From a virus (taxonomy: Duplodnaviria; Caudoviricetes), in the IMG/VR virus record IMGVR_UViG_3300027593_000003, positions 1 through 60,356 of that record: DNA of 60,356 nucleotides; one strand, written 5' to 3'. Shown here piece by piece: positions 18,401-27,237 of this stretch. Numbering within the stretch: position 1 is the first letter of the stretch; every line of letters starts with the position of its first letter. The notes under the pieces were generated by a model. It did not search any database and was not told where the DNA came from. It worked only from the letters and a program-made list of their open reading frames with translations. The position numbers and the translations under genes are program-made.

Positions 18401-18502
18401 GGGTCATCATTTGAAGCAAGATATATATCAGGACCAAATACGCAAACAGTTAAAAAATCTAGATATCCGTTCAGAGCAACAGATATATTATTAGGAGATT
18501 AA
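15470..18502 (+). CDS. long fibre protein with Mtd-N-like start and Ala-rich repeats
   Basis: IQLRRDTAANW...GEFGIE..KVGNG; three DGAPxxLxTLNE/KAPLxSP fibre repeats. Confidence 0.85.
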   Translation: MAIRIQLRRDTAANWTSVNPVLKAGEFGIETDTLKVKVGNGTSTWTQISSYLNITPAQLATTVTSVNAYTDTAVASLGNTAANTYVPLSDVGNIDGVASLDGTGKIPDTEIPAGITRDTELSAAISTEVTNRNLAITNAISNLIDGAPAALDTLNELAAAINDDASYAATITTALGLKAPLASPSLTGTPLAPTAAVDTNTTQIATTAFAKKEADDAEAAAATDATTKVAAEAALRVSGDAASVATAATDATTKVAAEAALRVSGDAASVSTAATDATTKVAAEAALRVSGDAASVATAATDATTKANAAQAAAIAAAATDATTKADAAQAAAIAAAATAAGSALTSAIATEVTNRNTAITNAVDGLVDGAPALLNTLNELAAAINDDANYTTTITTALGTKAPLDSPALTGTPTAPTAGANTSTTQIATTAFAKAEADAAEAAAIAAAATDATTKANAAQAAAATDATTKANAAQAAAATDATTKANAAQAAAATDATTKANAAQAAAATDATTKANAAQAAAATDATTKADAAQAAAIAAAATAAGSALTSAIATEVTNRNTAISGAVSTLVDGAPDLLNTLNEIAAAINDDQNYTTTITTALGTKAPLASPAFTGTVTGIDKTMVGLANVDNTTDALKPISTATQTALNLKAPLASPTFTGTVVLPDNTITNAMLAGSIANAKLANSSITINGNAVSLGGTVTLATGQAATESTLGTVYGKVTLAGVDNTSLGSLTFQNTETGILNTAIGNESLRTLSSGERNTVVGYQAGTLIETGSDNTLLGTGAGNTLLSGVNNIIIGSNAQAATNSTSNEIIIGNGSITTFKIPGIGLVASATDYIITATAAQNLTNKTITSPTIISPIFQGPISVFSPTDDSHAINRGYLVAELADAVGSDIIPLDSLSQLFDGYTSRFRLKFNGATFDPTNPYKLLITINGIIQILGNQDQHWLSALPSEGYFVDNDGYIQFGEPIPAGSSFEARYISGPNTQTVKKSRYPFRATDILLGD
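16136..16385 (+). repeat. three 78-nt repeats near-identical to 10105-10352
   Basis: Units at 16136, 16214, 16292. Confidence 0.9.
16820..17063 (+). repeat. five-plus 45-nt (15-aa) tandem repeats
   Basis: TDATTKANAAQAAAA at 16820, 16865, 16910, 16955, 17000, partial 17045. Confidence 0.9.
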
Positions 18503-18506
18503 GAAA

Positions 18507-21500
18507 ATGGCAAGAAAAATATTATTGGAAACATCTTACACGTTTACCCCATCAACAAGAACTATTTCGATCCCAAAGACAATTTTGAAAGAAAGATTGC
18601 TTTTGATCACAAACGTAACAACAAATCAGGTTATCTATAACTTCTCAGATCCAAGCTTGGGCACAACATCATACTCAGCTAGCACAGACGCATTCATGGT
18701 AGAAAATACCACAATGGTTCTGGCATACAACACTGCATCAATGACATCAACTGATAAGCTTATGTTTACAATTGATACATTTGATGAAAGTTTTACTCCA
18801 GCAGAGTCACAGCTAGACCCAGCCAACAAATTTAGAGTTTCTCAACCTAGAGCTCTTATTGATACTGACTTTGAATACGGTACACAGACTTCTAAATGGG
18901 AAAACTTGGGATTAGTAAATAACAGACCATTTTCTTATGCACGACCAACACCTATTGCTAATATTTCTTCTATCGGTCTCCCAACAGGCTCAAGAACAGT
19001 TACAGTAACACTTTCATCTGGAACAGCCCCAGCAAATGGAACTCCAATTTCAATTCAGGATACATTCCTAGCAATTGCAGATGGTAACTTTATTATTGAA
19101 AATGGTGGAGGAGGTTCAAGCTTTACATATACAGCATCTGCTATAAATAGAACAAGCATTACAGAAATTCTTGACCCAAATAAGACTCTTGTTGTTCAAG
19201 GAGTTCTTTACACTGGTGCTCAAATTGGCGGAAACGCATCATTGACTTATTCAGGAAGAAAGATTACAGTAGTAACATCAATTCCTCACGGACTTGCCCT
19301 AGGAAATGAAATTGTTGTTCTAGGTGCTACAGCAACAACTAATCCACCAAACGGTAACCAGGAAGTTGCCCAGGTACTCAATCCAACAACATTTGCATAC
19401 TATCACGACGCAATACCAACAGGAACAATAGCTGGTGGAATTGCAGTATATGTAAGACCACAGTCTACATTTGCACACAGACCACATGATGGTGGTGTTT
19501 TGTTTAGCGCAAACTCATCATCTAACTATGGTCAATGCATTAGACAAACTCGTCGTTATTTTAGATACCAGTCAGGTAAAGGAATCCAGATGTCATCTGG
19601 AACCGTCCTAAAGCCATATGCTGGAATTGAAAATATTACATCAAACGGAACAGTAGCCGTAACAGTTCAAACAAAAGAAAAGCATAATTTGCAGCCAGGA
19701 ACTGTAATTAAAATTGGCGGATGTAATGAATCAGCGTACAATGGAACATTTACAATTAACAATGTTCTTAGCGCTACATCATTTCAATATCAAGCACTAA
19801 CAGTTCCTTCAGCAAACGTAGCAACTGGAGCATTCTTTGCATCAGTTGAAGCATGGTACGGATGCCAAAATAGACTAGGTGTCTTTGATGACCAAAATGG
19901 TTTGTTCTGGGAATACGATGGAACTACACTATACGCAGTTCGCAGAAGCTCAACATTCCAGCTTTCTGGTAAAGTAACAGTATCTGCAAATTCTGCAACA
20001 GTTTTGCAGTCTAGCGTAGAGTTTCCAACATACTTCTCTAAGCAGGTTATTCCAGGAGATAGAATTGTAATTCGTGGACAATCATATAAGATTGTTGCAA
20101 TTGCATCAGATACATCTATGACAATCAGCCCAGCATACCGTGGAGCAAGTGCTTCAATGTGTATTGTTTCAAGAACAGACGATACAAAAATTCCTCAAAG
20201 CGCTTTCAATCTAGATAAGATTGACGGAACAGGACCTTCTCAGTACAACATAGACCTAGGCAAAATGCAGATGTTTTATGTTGACTATACATGGTATGGT
20301 GCAGGATTTGTAAGATGGGGTGTTAGAGGCCCAAAGGGTAACGTTGTTTATGTACACAAGATGCCAAATAACAACGTTAATACAGAGGCCTACATGCGCT
20401 CAGGTAACTTGCCAGGTAGATATGAAAGCACAACAAATCCACCTTACACAAAGGCAACTACAGAAATTTTAACAACAGATTCTGCTCTAACAGTTGCATC
20501 AACAGCTGGCTTCCCGCCTTCAGGAACTCTTGTAATAAGAGACGGAAGCACTTACGAGTATGTAAACTATACAGGAAAATCAGCTACAACATTTACAGGT
20601 CTTACAAGAGCACAAGCAGGTGTTCCAGGAGGACTTACCGTTACAATTGTAGTCGGATCAAGCACTGGAACAGTAGCAAGCAACGCTGGAATTCAAGTTG
20701 GCCAAAGAGTAATCTCCGACGCATTCCCAGAAGGAACATTCGTTTCTTCAATTGTTGGCAACGCTATTCAATTTAGCAAAGCAGCACTATCAGCTAACCC
20801 TACTGGAGTTATTATTGTTCCAATGGGTGCAACATCAGCTCAAGCATTTACATTCGCATCAACTTCACCAACAATGGTAGAGTTGGCATTCCCATCATTC
20901 TCAGCATCCATATCACACTGGGGAACCTCAGTAATTATGGACGGTAACTTTGATGAAGATAAGTCACTTGTCTTTACATATGGACAAAGAACTACAAGCG
21001 CAATTGCCGCAGGTGCTTCCAGAGCCCTTATGGCAATTCGTGTAGCTCCTTCAGCAGATAATGGTATTGCAGCAGCATTCGGACAAAGAGAGCTAGTAAA
21101 CCGTATGCAGCTTACATTAAAGGCTCTAGACGTTACAACATCTACATCAGGTGCAAACCTTCTTGTAACAGCTGTTCTAAACGGAGTTCCTTCAACAACA
21201 AATGCATGGACTAACGCAGTAGGAAACGTATCAGGAGTAGCTAACTCATCACTATCACAGATTGTTGATTATTCAACTACATCAACTACACTTAGTGGTG
21301 GAGAAATTACAGCAGGTTTCTTCGTAGGAACTGGATCAAACTCAATTGATCTATCTCCAGTTAGAGATCTAGGAAACTCTATTATCGGTGGAGGATCTGC
21401 AAACTCAAATGCAAACATTTTTCCAGACGGTCCAGATACACTTACGATTGTTGTTACCAACATTGGTTCAGCAGCAGCAAACGTGTACTCAAGACTATCC

Positions 21501-21521
21501 TGGACAGAGGCTCAGGCATAG
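18507..21521 (+). CDS. large virion structural/fibre protein
   Basis: T/S/G-rich; HGL/HNL...G beta modules; RQTRRYFRYQSGK and WYGAG motifs typical of aquatic phage virion proteins. Confidence 0.7.
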   Translation: MARKILLETSYTFTPSTRTISIPKTILKERLLLITNVTTNQVIYNFSDPSLGTTSYSASTDAFMVENTTMVLAYNTASMTSTDKLMFTIDTFDESFTPAESQLDPANKFRVSQPRALIDTDFEYGTQTSKWENLGLVNNRPFSYARPTPIANISSIGLPTGSRTVTVTLSSGTAPANGTPISIQDTFLAIADGNFIIENGGGGSSFTYTASAINRTSITEILDPNKTLVVQGVLYTGAQIGGNASLTYSGRKITVVTSIPHGLALGNEIVVLGATATTNPPNGNQEVAQVLNPTTFAYYHDAIPTGTIAGGIAVYVRPQSTFAHRPHDGGVLFSANSSSNYGQCIRQTRRYFRYQSGKGIQMSSGTVLKPYAGIENITSNGTVAVTVQTKEKHNLQPGTVIKIGGCNESAYNGTFTINNVLSATSFQYQALTVPSANVATGAFFASVEAWYGCQNRLGVFDDQNGLFWEYDGTTLYAVRRSSTFQLSGKVTVSANSATVLQSSVEFPTYFSKQVIPGDRIVIRGQSYKIVAIASDTSMTISPAYRGASASMCIVSRTDDTKIPQSAFNLDKIDGTGPSQYNIDLGKMQMFYVDYTWYGAGFVRWGVRGPKGNVVYVHKMPNNNVNTEAYMRSGNLPGRYESTTNPPYTKATTEILTTDSALTVASTAGFPPSGTLVIRDGSTYEYVNYTGKSATTFTGLTRAQAGVPGGLTVTIVVGSSTGTVASNAGIQVGQRVISDAFPEGTFVSSIVGNAIQFSKAALSANPTGVIIVPMGATSAQAFTFASTSPTMVELAFPSFSASISHWGTSVIMDGNFDEDKSLVFTYGQRTTSAIAAGASRALMAIRVAPSADNGIAAAFGQRELVNRMQLTLKALDVTTSTSGANLLVTAVLNGVPSTTNAWTNAVGNVSGVANSSLSQIVDYSTTSTTLSGGEITAGFFVGTGSNSIDLSPVRDLGNSIIGGGSANSNANIFPDGPDTLTIVVTNIGSAAANVYSRLSWTEAQA

Positions 21522-21533
21522 GAATACAAAACA

Positions 21534-22034
21534 ATGTCTATTACTAAAGGAAAATTTCCTTACGAAACAGATTTGCAGGTTAAGTCATTATCAGTTTCTG
21601 ATAACTGCGGTCTTTCTGGAATAACAACATTTTCTGGAGTAGTAAAGTTAAGTGGAACACTTGACAGCACATTAGGTAACATTCAGTTTATAGATGGGGT
21701 ACAGTCAAAACAAGGTATCCCATCTATAACACCTATATCTACTAAATTCTTTAATTACACACTAAGTAATTTAAATGAAAGAGATACTATTATTGATATG
21801 AGAATGACTGTTGCAAATACAGTAACAATTCCAGCGGACACCATTCTCAATTTTCCTGTAGGAACCACTATCGATATTTTGCAAACAGGAGCAGGACAAA
21901 CTACAATTCAGGCAGGCGCAGGAGTTGTATTAAACTTTACTCCAGGACAAAAATTAAGATTCCAATGGTCAATTGCAACAATATTAAAACGAGATGCCAA
22001 CACTTGGCTTTTATTTGGAGATTTAACAGCGTAA
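21534..22034 (+). CDS. adaptor protein homologous to C-terminus of 9670..11469
   Basis: VTIP...FPVGT.I.I.Q.GAGQ...LR.QWS.AT..KR..NTWLLFGDLTA. Confidence 0.75.
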   Translation: MSITKGKFPYETDLQVKSLSVSDNCGLSGITTFSGVVKLSGTLDSTLGNIQFIDGVQSKQGIPSITPISTKFFNYTLSNLNERDTIIDMRMTVANTVTIPADTILNFPVGTTIDILQTGAGQTTIQAGAGVVLNFTPGQKLRFQWSIATILKRDANTWLLFGDLTA

Positions 22035-22050
22035 GAAGGGTATTTAAAAA

Positions 22051-23715
22051 ATGGGAAAAAAGACGGGTAGAAAAGCGCAACTCTCTGGAGATTTTGAATA
22101 TCCAGTACCACCAATTAATGTAGTTGCTACAGATGTAGGAACAGATAGACCATATAACAATGGTGCTATAAGTATTACTTTTGAATACCCATCAGGTCAA
22201 TTACCTATTATAAACTATACCGCAAAGTTTACTCCAAATACAGGATCAACCACTTACACAGATTTTGCAGCAACATCTCCAATTGTTATTAGTGGAATAC
22301 CTTCAGGACTGACTGGCTTTGTAACAGTAAATGCAACAAATGTAAATGGAACTTCTCAGGAGTCCACTGCAACCGCCCCACTTTTAGTTACAACAGTTCC
22401 ACAGTCACCAAGAACAGTAACAGCAACATCTACAACTACTGGACCAGGACATAGCACAGATGGAAATCAGACTACTACTCCAGGACAGCGTGGACAGGAT
22501 ATTGTTTCTTGGGGACACCCAGCAGATGGAGGTAAGGCTATATCAAAGTATGTTATTACTTCTTCAGATACAGCAGTACAGCCAGGCGGCTTAGCATCTC
22601 CATACGAAGTTAATTATCCAGCAACATCTTTGGGAATTAGAGAAACAATGGCAAGCGCCCAAATTTATACAGTAAAAGCAGTAAATGCAAATGGAACATC
22701 TCTTGGTCAAGCCACTGGTGAAGTTACAACATTCTTCTCACCTCCAGCATTCTTTTCACCACCTAACTTTTTTGCACCACCTAACTTTTTTGCACCACCT
22801 AATTTTTTTGCGCCACCTAACTTCTTTGCGCCACCTCAGTTCTTTGCACCACCAAACTTCTTCGTTCCACCACTATTCTTTGCACCACCTCAGTTTTTTG
22901 CCCCACCGCAGTTCTTTGCGCCACCGCAGTTCTTTGCGCCACCTAACTTTTTTACCCCTCCAGGGTTCTTTGCACCACCAAGATTCTTTGCCCCTCCAGC
23001 ATTCTTCTCGCCTCCAGGGTTCTTTTCACCACCAAGATTCTTCTCGCCTCCAGGGTTCTTTGCACCACCAAGATTCTTTGCCCCTCCAGGGTTCTTTGGC
23101 CCACCAAGATTCTTTGGTCCTCCAGGGTTTTGTATTCCAGCAGATACTGAAGTGCTAACTACAGACGGTTATAAGAAAGCAAAAGATATTAAAGTTGATG
23201 ATTATCTTTTAACTGCTTCTTTTGATAACCTACCTAAGCATGACTCTAATTGTTCTCAAGGCCACATAACAACAGAATGTATTATCAAGGTTGCTGGATG
23301 GAGAGACCTATCTATGGTTAACCCATCTACCCTAGAGTCTAAGGTTACAAATATTTTTAAACAAACAAAATCCTCATTTATGAGAATTAACAACAATCCT
23401 AAACACGACCTATCTTTAGTAGAGCAGCCTCTAGTAAAAAGAGGCAGCGAATACATGTTCCCAGAAGTAACTGATTTAGAGGTTGGCGACGAGATTTATA
23501 ATTACGATGATCCCTCTAGTCCAATTGTTATAGATTCACTAAATATAATTGAAGAAGATCTAGATGTCTTCCTATTCTATAGAGAGCCTTGGGGACTTCT
23601 TGTAGCTGGATCAATGCTTGCCTACAATGGATGCGAAACATCTACTGAATTTATTCAAGTTGAAGATGATCATCATGATCAAGAAGAGGCAAATACAGAA
23701 TTTCAGGATATATAA
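22051..23715 (+). CDS. FN3-FN3-(FFxPPx)22-Hint domain protein (cargo 2)
   Basis: Two FN3-like units (P..P..V.A...W...Y...A.N.NG.S), 22 hexapeptide repeats, then CIPADTEVLTTDGYKKAKDIKVDD...LVAGSMLAYN. Confidence 0.85.
   Translation: MGKKTGRKAQLSGDFEYPVPPINVVATDVGTDRPYNNGAISITFEYPSGQLPIINYTAKFTPNTGSTTYTDFAATSPIVISGIPSGLTGFVTVNATNVNGTSQESTATAPLLVTTVPQSPRTVTATSTTTGPGHSTDGNQTTTPGQRGQDIVSWGHPADGGKAISKYVITSSDTAVQPGGLASPYEVNYPATSLGIRETMASAQIYTVKAVNANGTSLGQATGEVTTFFSPPAFFSPPNFFAPPNFFAPPNFFAPPNFFAPPQFFAPPNFFVPPLFFAPPQFFAPPQFFAPPQFFAPPNFFTPPGFFAPPRFFAPPAFFSPPGFFSPPRFFSPPGFFAPPRFFAPPGFFGPPRFFGPPGFCIPADTEVLTTDGYKKAKDIKVDDYLLTASFDNLPKHDSNCSQGHITTECIIKVAGWRDLSMVNPSTLESKVTNIFKQTKSSFMRINNNPKHDLSLVEQPLVKRGSEYMFPEVTDLEVGDEIYNYDDPSSPIVIDSLNIIEEDLDVFLFYREPWGLLVAGSMLAYNGCETSTEFIQVEDDHHDQEEANTEFQDI
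22732..23127 (+). repeat. 22 x 18-nt coding repeat (FFxPPx)
   Basis: Counted directly, 396 nt. Confidence 0.95.
23131..23628 (+). other. Hint (intein-like) autoprocessing domain
   Basis: Block A Cys1 motif, LEVGD motif, terminal Asn; non-canonical block B and +1 Gly. Confidence 0.75.
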
Positions 23716-23718
23716 TCC

Positions 23719-23747
23719 TTGACTATATTGCATAAAAATGCTATTCT
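23719..23747 (+). promoter_or_regulatory. leaderless sigma70-type promoter of oxygenase operon
   Basis: TTGACT-17 bp-TATTCT with extended TG; ATG 6 nt downstream. Confidence 0.7.
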
Positions 23748-23753
23748 TTAATA

Positions 23754-24377
23754 ATGATATACAACAAAAAACAACTGTATCCTGGAATATGGGTATATCC
23801 TAATTCTTTTCCAAAAGAACTTGATCTAATTAATAGGATTGAGGAATGCGTATCTAGCAAGCAAGCTGACTGGAATGGCGCAAGTGTTTGCTTAGAAGAA
23901 ATAGATTTAACTTATAGAGATGCCTGGGATTTTAAGTTATCGGCTTTAGGCAAATCCCACCCACTTTATAAAGATATTTATGACTGTCAAAAAGATGCAG
24001 TTCAAGATTTTTGCAATATGTATTCAATTAAAATGGATTTCTGGGAATGGACAAATATTGTTAAGTATTACCCAAATCAATTTTTTCAAGAACATGCAGA
24101 TGACGGTTGGTCATATAAATGCGCTGTCTCTCTAGTTGGATATCCAAATGATGGATATACTGGGGGAGGGCTATATTTCCCTAAATTTAATTTACATATA
24201 ACCCCAGAACTAGGAGACCTTGTTATATTTCCATCATCCTTTATATATTCTCACGTAGCACTGCCAGTTGAAACTGGTGTTAAATATTCTTTTGTTACCA
24301 TGCTAGACTACAACGACGACGCCCATACTGAAGAATATGATAGAATGATAGATAACAAACACAAGGGGAAAAAATAA
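23754..24377 (+). CDS. 2OG-Fe(II) oxygenase, P4H-like
   Basis: HAD...GYTGGGLYFP...HVALPVETGVKY. Confidence 0.9.
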   Translation: MIYNKKQLYPGIWVYPNSFPKELDLINRIEECVSSKQADWNGASVCLEEIDLTYRDAWDFKLSALGKSHPLYKDIYDCQKDAVQDFCNMYSIKMDFWEWTNIVKYYPNQFFQEHADDGWSYKCAVSLVGYPNDGYTGGGLYFPKFNLHITPELGDLVIFPSSFIYSHVALPVETGVKYSFVTMLDYNDDAHTEEYDRMIDNKHKGKK

Positions 24378-24378
24378 T

Positions 24379-25119
24379 ATGCTTCCAAATGGAGAAACGA
24401 TCTACCCAGGAATTATTGTATACAGAGACGTTTTTAAAAAAGAATACAATCTGGCAGAAAGATTAGAAAAGGTTTTAGAAAAACAGGAAAACAAGAAGCA
24501 CTGGAATTTAGCTCAAACAGGTTTTGATACACTAAATACAGACTACAGGGATGCTTGGGATTTTAAGATTAAAGAAAACGATGGAGGATCCTTAATGTAT
24601 GGAAATGGTAACCACGTTCAAGAAGAAAATCTTACGGAAGATGAAATAGAGCTAAGACAAATATGGAGAGACTCAAAAGGAGTCCAGCTTAGCGCTGTAG
24701 CAGATTATATGAATATGTTCCAGCTACCTCCATTAAATTACTGGGAATCTTTTAACTTTATTAAGTATGCAAAAAATCAACATTTTAATGTGCACTCAGA
24801 TCACGGGTACTCGTATGTATGTGTGCTTTCATCAGTAGGATATATTAATGACGATTATGAAGGCGGAGAGTTATTTTTTGATAAATTAGGTCTTAAGATT
24901 AAGCCAAAAGCTGGAGACTTATACCTATTCCCATCTTCTTATATCTATTCTCACGCAGCAATGCCAGTCCGATCTGGAACTAAATATGCTATTGTAACTA
25001 TGCTAGATTATCAAGAAGCTCCACATACACCTCTCTATAGAGAAATAGAAGCAAGCTATGAATATAATCATTTCACTGAAGGGAAAAAATTTATCCCAGC
25101 AGAACAAAGGGAGAGCTAA
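24379..25119 (+). CDS. 2OG-Fe(II) oxygenase, P4H-like
   Basis: HSD...YINDDYEGGEL...HAAMPVRSGTKY. Confidence 0.9.
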   Translation: MLPNGETIYPGIIVYRDVFKKEYNLAERLEKVLEKQENKKHWNLAQTGFDTLNTDYRDAWDFKIKENDGGSLMYGNGNHVQEENLTEDEIELRQIWRDSKGVQLSAVADYMNMFQLPPLNYWESFNFIKYAKNQHFNVHSDHGYSYVCVLSSVGYINDDYEGGELFFDKLGLKIKPKAGDLYLFPSSYIYSHAAMPVRSGTKYAIVTMLDYQEAPHTPLYREIEASYEYNHFTEGKKFIPAEQRES

Positions 25120-25833
25120 TTGATTAGAATAACAGCATATGATAATTTTCAAGACACTGCTAACATTGAGCCTCTTTCTGCAAAAAGAGACTGGATGGAT
25201 GAAACAGAGCACAATCATGCATACAGATGCTTTCCATTAACGCTAGCAAATCAATTAGGCTGGGGTATATCATTTCCAGAAGATATAACCTTTATGTGGG
25301 ATGGAGTAACAAGTACTTATCCACATAACGTTCAGGTTTTGCAGGGACAAAAGTACTGCGAGACTGGTAGAGGTCACTCAACAATTAACTTTAAAACAAA
25401 TTTAACTTTTGAAACAGACAGTAACTATACTTTGCTATCTTTTCCAGTTCCAAATATGTTCGTTGATGGAGCTCAGGCCGTAACAAGTTTATTAACAACA
25501 TCCTTTTTTGGCAGCCCATTGCCAGTTGCATGGAAGATTACAAAGCCCTACGTTCCAATTACAATCAAAGCTGGACAGCCAGTAATTGCAATTTTACCAA
25601 TATCTTTAACAGAGCTAAACAATTCTACTCTTGAGGTAAAGGATATAAGGCACATGCCACAGCCACACCTTGAGAATATCCCAACTTATGAAGGAGCAGT
25701 TGCTGCAGCTAAAGAGGCGGCAGAAAAACAAATTTGGACGGATTACTATAGGGATGCTACAGATTATCTAGGTAATAAGCTTGGGTCCCACGAAGTAAAA
25801 TCAATTAAGCTGAAGGTTAGTAAGCACAAATGA
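25120..25833 (+). CDS. DUF6065 family protein
   Basis: RDWMDET...AYRCFPLTLANQLGW...WDG; TTG start with SD. Confidence 0.7.
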   Translation: MIRITAYDNFQDTANIEPLSAKRDWMDETEHNHAYRCFPLTLANQLGWGISFPEDITFMWDGVTSTYPHNVQVLQGQKYCETGRGHSTINFKTNLTFETDSNYTLLSFPVPNMFVDGAQAVTSLLTTSFFGSPLPVAWKITKPYVPITIKAGQPVIAILPISLTELNNSTLEVKDIRHMPQPHLENIPTYEGAVAAAKEAAEKQIWTDYYRDATDYLGNKLGSHEVKSIKLKVSKHK

Positions 25834-26540
25834 AAATTGTTTTTAATTCAAATAGGCACTATAACAACGACGAACTTGCACCAAGTCCTTCAAAAAATAC
25901 AATGCCAGCATGGTTTAAAAATGCCAGCAAATATTGGAAAGATTTTGAGGGAAACGATGTAGTCGGGCCACCAGATAATAAAAAGGGCCCAGGATTTAAA
26001 TCTTGTCCAGCTCTTCATGATATTTTTACAACAGGATATACATTTACAACACCATGCGACATTAATGTTTTTATGCAAAGCGGATATCCATTAATAAAAG
26101 CAGAGCCAGGATATGATGATTTTGTTGCAATACGTTCGCATATGGGAGAGTTCTATTATCCTGAAGGGTATTATAAATTTGTTTACCATTGGTATCCAAA
26201 CTGGGGGTTTACGCTTCCAGATGGATACAGCGCTTTAGTAGTTCAGCCAATCAATAACTTCGGCCTGCCTTTTTTAACAGTAGGCGGTATAATTGATAGT
26301 GACAAGTACGGAGCACCAGGACTGATGCCCTTTTTTATTAGAGACGGATTTACAGGAATAATTCCAAAAGGAACCCCTTACGCACAAATTATTCCGATCA
26401 AAAGAGAAGAATGGGTATCAGAGTTTAATTTGTATACCTATCAAGAAATGCAAAAAAAGCATGACGATCACGTAGCTATTTATAGAGCAGACACTGGCGT
26501 TTATAAAAAAAGAACTTGGGTACCTAAAAAATATGAATAG
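25830..26540 (+). CDS. DUF6065-related / dUTPase-like fold protein
   Basis: PAWFK, KSCPALHD, PDGYS, GIIDSD, GTPYAQIIPIKR. Confidence 0.7.
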   Translation: MKIVFNSNRHYNNDELAPSPSKNTMPAWFKNASKYWKDFEGNDVVGPPDNKKGPGFKSCPALHDIFTTGYTFTTPCDINVFMQSGYPLIKAEPGYDDFVAIRSHMGEFYYPEGYYKFVYHWYPNWGFTLPDGYSALVVQPINNFGLPFLTVGGIIDSDKYGAPGLMPFFIRDGFTGIIPKGTPYAQIIPIKREEWVSEFNLYTYQEMQKKHDDHVAIYRADTGVYKKRTWVPKKYE

Positions 26541-26553
26541 GAAAAGAAACTAA

Positions 26554-27237
26554 ATGGATAACACGGTAGAGAACTCATCGGATATTAGAAAGCACAGAAC
26601 ATCTATTACTCCTTCAGGATACTTTGGCAACGGCCCAGAAAACATTGTTGAAATTGAAAATTTGTTAACTGAAGAAGAAAATGAATACCTTCTTAATTTT
26701 ATTAAGGGTAATCAAGTATGGGATCAAGGGCAAGACGTACGTAATGAAAATGGAACTATAATTTATCAACACAATGTATGGGCAGATCGTGTTGCAACAA
26801 AAAAATCCCTAGATGAATCAGACCCTAATGTTTCGGTAATGCTAAATACAATAATTCAAAGACTAAGACTTATTATTGAAAAGCACTTTAATGTAGAGGT
26901 AAACCCAACAGGGCCTTGTTTAGTAAGATGGCCAGTTGGTTCTATGCAGTGGCCACATGCAGACAAAGAGTTGCACGAAGGTCCAGACAAGGGCACCGCA
27001 AACAATTTCCCGTGGTACGACATTGGAACAGTAATTTATTTAAATGAAGACTATGAGGGTGGAAGACTTCATTTTCCAAAACAAGAAATTGCCTTTAAGC
27101 CAAAAGCTAGAGCTGCATATTTTTTTCCAGGAGATTTAAACTATATACACGGAGTAGACGTAATTACACAAGGCACCAGATACACCTCACCATGGTTCTG
27201 GACTATAACTAAATTAGGAGAAAAAACAAATGGCTGA
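26554..27237 (+). CDS. 2OG-Fe(II) oxygenase
   Basis: HAD...YLNEDYEGG...HGVDVITQGTRY. Confidence 0.9.
   Translation: MDNTVENSSDIRKHRTSITPSGYFGNGPENIVEIENLLTEEENEYLLNFIKGNQVWDQGQDVRNENGTIIYQHNVWADRVATKKSLDESDPNVSVMLNTIIQRLRLIIEKHFNVEVNPTGPCLVRWPVGSMQWPHADKELHEGPDKGTANNFPWYDIGTVIYLNEDYEGGRLHFPKQEIAFKPKARAAYFFPGDLNYIHGVDVITQGTRYTSPWFWTITKLGEKTNG

Noticed and set aside
9670-18502. Diversity-generating retroelement suggested by Mtd-N-like domains and duplicated DNA
   Set aside because: No reverse transcriptase in the window, no adenine-specific TR/VR pair seen, and shared repeats lie mid-gene
22685-23158. His-rich alternative-frame ORF over the FFxPPx array
   Set aside because: By-product of CCA-CCN codons read in another frame; no SD; His pattern is irregular while the main-frame FF/PP is invariant
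23131-23628. Mobile splicing intein
   Set aside because: No homing endonuclease, +1 residue is Gly, and no meaningful C-extein; treated as a Hint domain
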